Below, piece by piece: positions 32,304-33,996 of a stretch of 33,996 nucleotides of DNA. The notes below the pieces were generated by a model. That model made no database searches. It saw only the letters and a list, made by a program, of their open reading frames with translations, and was not told where the DNA came from. The DNA is from an uncultured Candidatus Saccharibacteria bacterium (GTDB lineage: Bacteria > Patescibacteriota > Minisyncoccia > Phycocordibacterales > Phycocordibacteraceae): positions 1 to 33,996 of the forward strand of contig CAYHUW010000001.1 of the NCBI GenBank assembly GCA_964359685.1, written 5' to 3'. How positions within the stretch are numbered: the first letter of the stretch is position 1; each line of letters starts with the position of its first letter. The position numbers and the translations under genes are program-made.

Positions 32304-32350
32304 GTGTTTTTGTTTTTGACAACTAAAAAACAGAGGAGTACGGTATAGAT

Positions 32351-32605
32351 ATGAGTAGCAAACACGCGCTCCCTATGCCGCACCGTGAAGGCCCTGTGCA
32401 CACTATCGCGCGGCAAACACAAAAATGGAGGATGCGTGATTTTCGTGCATACATGCATCTGACTCTCCAGGGAATTCGTGCAATTGAAAAAGCTTCGGCC
32501 GGGAAGCCGGCAAGTCCCGGGCTTAGGCAGGCGCGTTCCGAACTTCAGATACACGCTACGGAAATGGGGAAGCGTCGCGCTGACACGCACAGAACGGGAG
32601 CCTAA
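32351..32605 (+). CDS. hypothetical basic protein (weak)
   Basis: 84-aa ORF with AGGAG 12 nt upstream, which is unusual in this window. A 146-aa antisense ORF also covers the region, so coding status is uncertain. Confidence 0.3.
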   Translation: MSSKHALPMPHREGPVHTIARQTQKWRMRDFRAYMHLTLQGIRAIEKASAGKPASPGLRQARSELQIHATEMGKRRADTHRTGA

Positions 32606-32610
32606 TTTGT

Positions 32611-32973
32611 ATGCTTGAAAAAACTGCAGGAAAATTCCCGCCTTCTATCGCCGGTCTTCGGTCGGCGGAACTTGCCGTAATCTGGTATCGGATGCGTGAA
32701 ATCTTTAATGGTGCGCCCTATCCTACAGGTAGTCCGGAGCATATTGAACTTTCCGGATTGCGAAGAAAATCAGGCGCGCTTCTTTCCCTGGTTCCCAAGC
32801 GACATTGGCACCGGACGACACGACTTACTGAAGAGCAAATAAGTAGGATGAGTCATCGGGAAGATGATGGGCCGTCACTTTCTTTGAATCGTCGTTTTAA
32901 TACCGGAGCAAAAAATCCGTATATTGTCGGCCCCAAAGGGAAACTACCGGGTCCGCGTCCGGGAGAGGAATAG
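32611..32973 (+). CDS. hypothetical protein (weak)
   Basis: 120-aa ORF starting 5 nt after the previous stop. No recognisable motifs. Confidence 0.3.
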   Translation: MLEKTAGKFPPSIAGLRSAELAVIWYRMREIFNGAPYPTGSPEHIELSGLRRKSGALLSLVPKRHWHRTTRLTEEQISRMSHREDDGPSLSLNRRFNTGAKNPYIVGPKGKLPGPRPGEE

Positions 32974-33086
32974 GGGAAAAACTGGGTACAAAGTATCCTT
33001 CAAGGCGGCTGTTTTTCTGAAAAAACCTTTATTTAAGCCGTTTCTGTTTTTAGGCTCAAAAAGGGCTGAAAAGAGCCGTCCTTTTC

Positions 33087-33115
33087 TTGACAGGGGGCCT
33101 CAGAAGGTATATTCT
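33087..33115 (+). promoter_or_regulatory. promoter TTGACA-N17-TATTCT (or N15-TATATT)
   Basis: TTGACA at 33087-33092 and GGTATATTCT at 33106-33115, close to the box at 2560-2568. Confidence 0.5.
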
Positions 33116-33189
33116 ACTGAATAGGTTTATGAGTACTAATTTCAAAGGCACCAAGCGGCAATAGCGGGCAAGCTTCATGCTTTCCGTTG

Positions 33190-33214
33190 TCGGCCGCGAG
33201 AAGCGGCCTTTTTT
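33190..33214 (+). terminator. rho-independent terminator about 95 nt upstream of the 23S rRNA
   Basis: GGCCGC, GAGAA loop, GCGGCC, then TTTTTT. Confidence 0.7.
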
Positions 33215-33308
33215 AGTCCTCGTGAATCAGTTCGTTGACAATTTAAGACATCATATAGAGAACATCGAGCATAATTCAGAGACATTCGTTAAGAATGTAA
33301 CGTTATGT

Positions 33309-33996
33309 GGTTTTCAAGCTTCCTCGCGGAAGTTTGAAGGGTGTATGGTGGATGCCTTGACTTTAAAAGGCGATGAAGGACGCAGCACGTCTGCGAAAAG
33401 TTTCGGGGAGCTGACGAGCAAGCTTCGATCCGAAAATATCCGAATGGGGAAACCCCTCGTACTTCGTACGAGATCTGTGGAGTGTTCTGCAGATGCGCAC
33501 CTCGGGAAGTGAAACATCTCAGTACCGAGAGGAAAAGAAACCAACAGTACATCTCGGTCTCTGCACAAATTTATTTTGTACAGGGACCGGGATTCGGGAA
33601 TTTCCCTAGTAGCGGCGAGCGAAAAGTAATCAGCCCAAACCGTATCAGCAAGGGTGCGGGGTTGTAAGGCGATGGCGTTCCATTTTATGGAAGAGAAGTT
33701 ATCAAAGATATTGGTAGAAGAATCTGCTGGGAAGCAGAACTCTAAAGGGTAATAGTCCCGTATTCGAAATCAATATCTCTTCTTTGCCGTCGATCTTGAG
33801 TAATCCGAGACACGAATAGCTTGGATGAATCCGCCGGAACTAACCGGCAAGGCTAAATATCTTTAAAGATCGATAGTGAACCAGTACCGTGAGGGAAAGG
33901 TGAAAAGCAGCCCGGAAGGGCGGTGAAATAGATCTGAAACCATATGTTTACAAGGAGTCGAAGCGGTCGCAAGACCTCGCCGGCGGGCCTATTGAA
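33309..33996 (+). rRNA. rrl: 23S ribosomal RNA, 5' domain I (partial, continues beyond the window)
   Basis: Conserved blocks are present in the correct order: GGTGGATGCCTTG, GCGATGAAGGACG, CCGAATGGGGAAACCC, GGGAAGTGAAACATCTCAGTACC, CCTAGTAGCGGCGAGCGAA, GATAGTGAACCAGTACCGTGAGGGAAAGGTGAAAAG and GTGAAATAGATCTGAAACC. Confidence 0.92.

Noticed and set aside
33177-33667. ORFs 33177..33512, 33289..33552 (-), 33314..33568 (-) and 33482..33667.
   Set aside because: They overlap the 23S rRNA gene and its leader, so they are spurious translations of rRNA sequence.
1-33996. CRISPR arrays, diversity-generating retroelement TR/VR pairs, integrases/transposases, restriction-modification genes or known defence genes.
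   Set aside because: No regularly spaced direct repeats, no reverse transcriptase, no recombinase and no defence-type domains were seen in any frame. The only mobile-looking sequences are the TIR elements at 18260-18387 and 20134-20421.

Overview
This 33,996-bp window looks like a streamlined chromosome segment from a CPR/Parcubacteria-type bacterium. That assignment is an inference from gene content and style, not a database result. Most of it is densely packed housekeeping genes: argS, ileS, recO, glyQS, an AI-2E permease, metG, an Asp/Glu racemase, tatD, rpsF-ssb-rpsR, efp, an ECF sigma factor, recA, ftsK and rplJ-rplL. There are also several envelope proteins: a 612-aa TM-anchored repeat protein, a 1166-aa PG-binding S-layer-like protein, a TPR protein and a TM-helix-repeat protein. 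The first ~690 nt of a 23S rRNA gene runs off the right edge with no 16S gene upstream. I found no CRISPR array, no convincing tRNA and no recognisable defence genes.

Main observations:
1. A 95-aa GIY-YIG nuclease gene fills a cassette bounded by terminal inverted repeats and a TGAA duplication. It sits exactly in the ATGA stop/start overlap between ftsK and the next gene. A 120-bp miniature copy with the same ends and the same TGAA duplication sits in the ATGA overlap between the ECF sigma gene and its partner gene.
2. ftsK carries one in-frame TAG between its Walker A and Walker B regions.
3. Promoter / micro-ORF / terminator cassettes have mutually exclusive helices. One has three consecutive Arg codons and lies upstream of the argS operon.
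4. A ~68-nt structured RNA element occurs twice with compensatory base changes, upstream of two envelope genes that show expression-optimised codon usage.
5. An identical 24-nt perfect palindrome occurs once inside argS and once in an intergenic region.
6. Most genes lack a Shine-Dalgarno sequence, and several start 6-9 nt after a -10 box, which suggests leaderless mRNAs.
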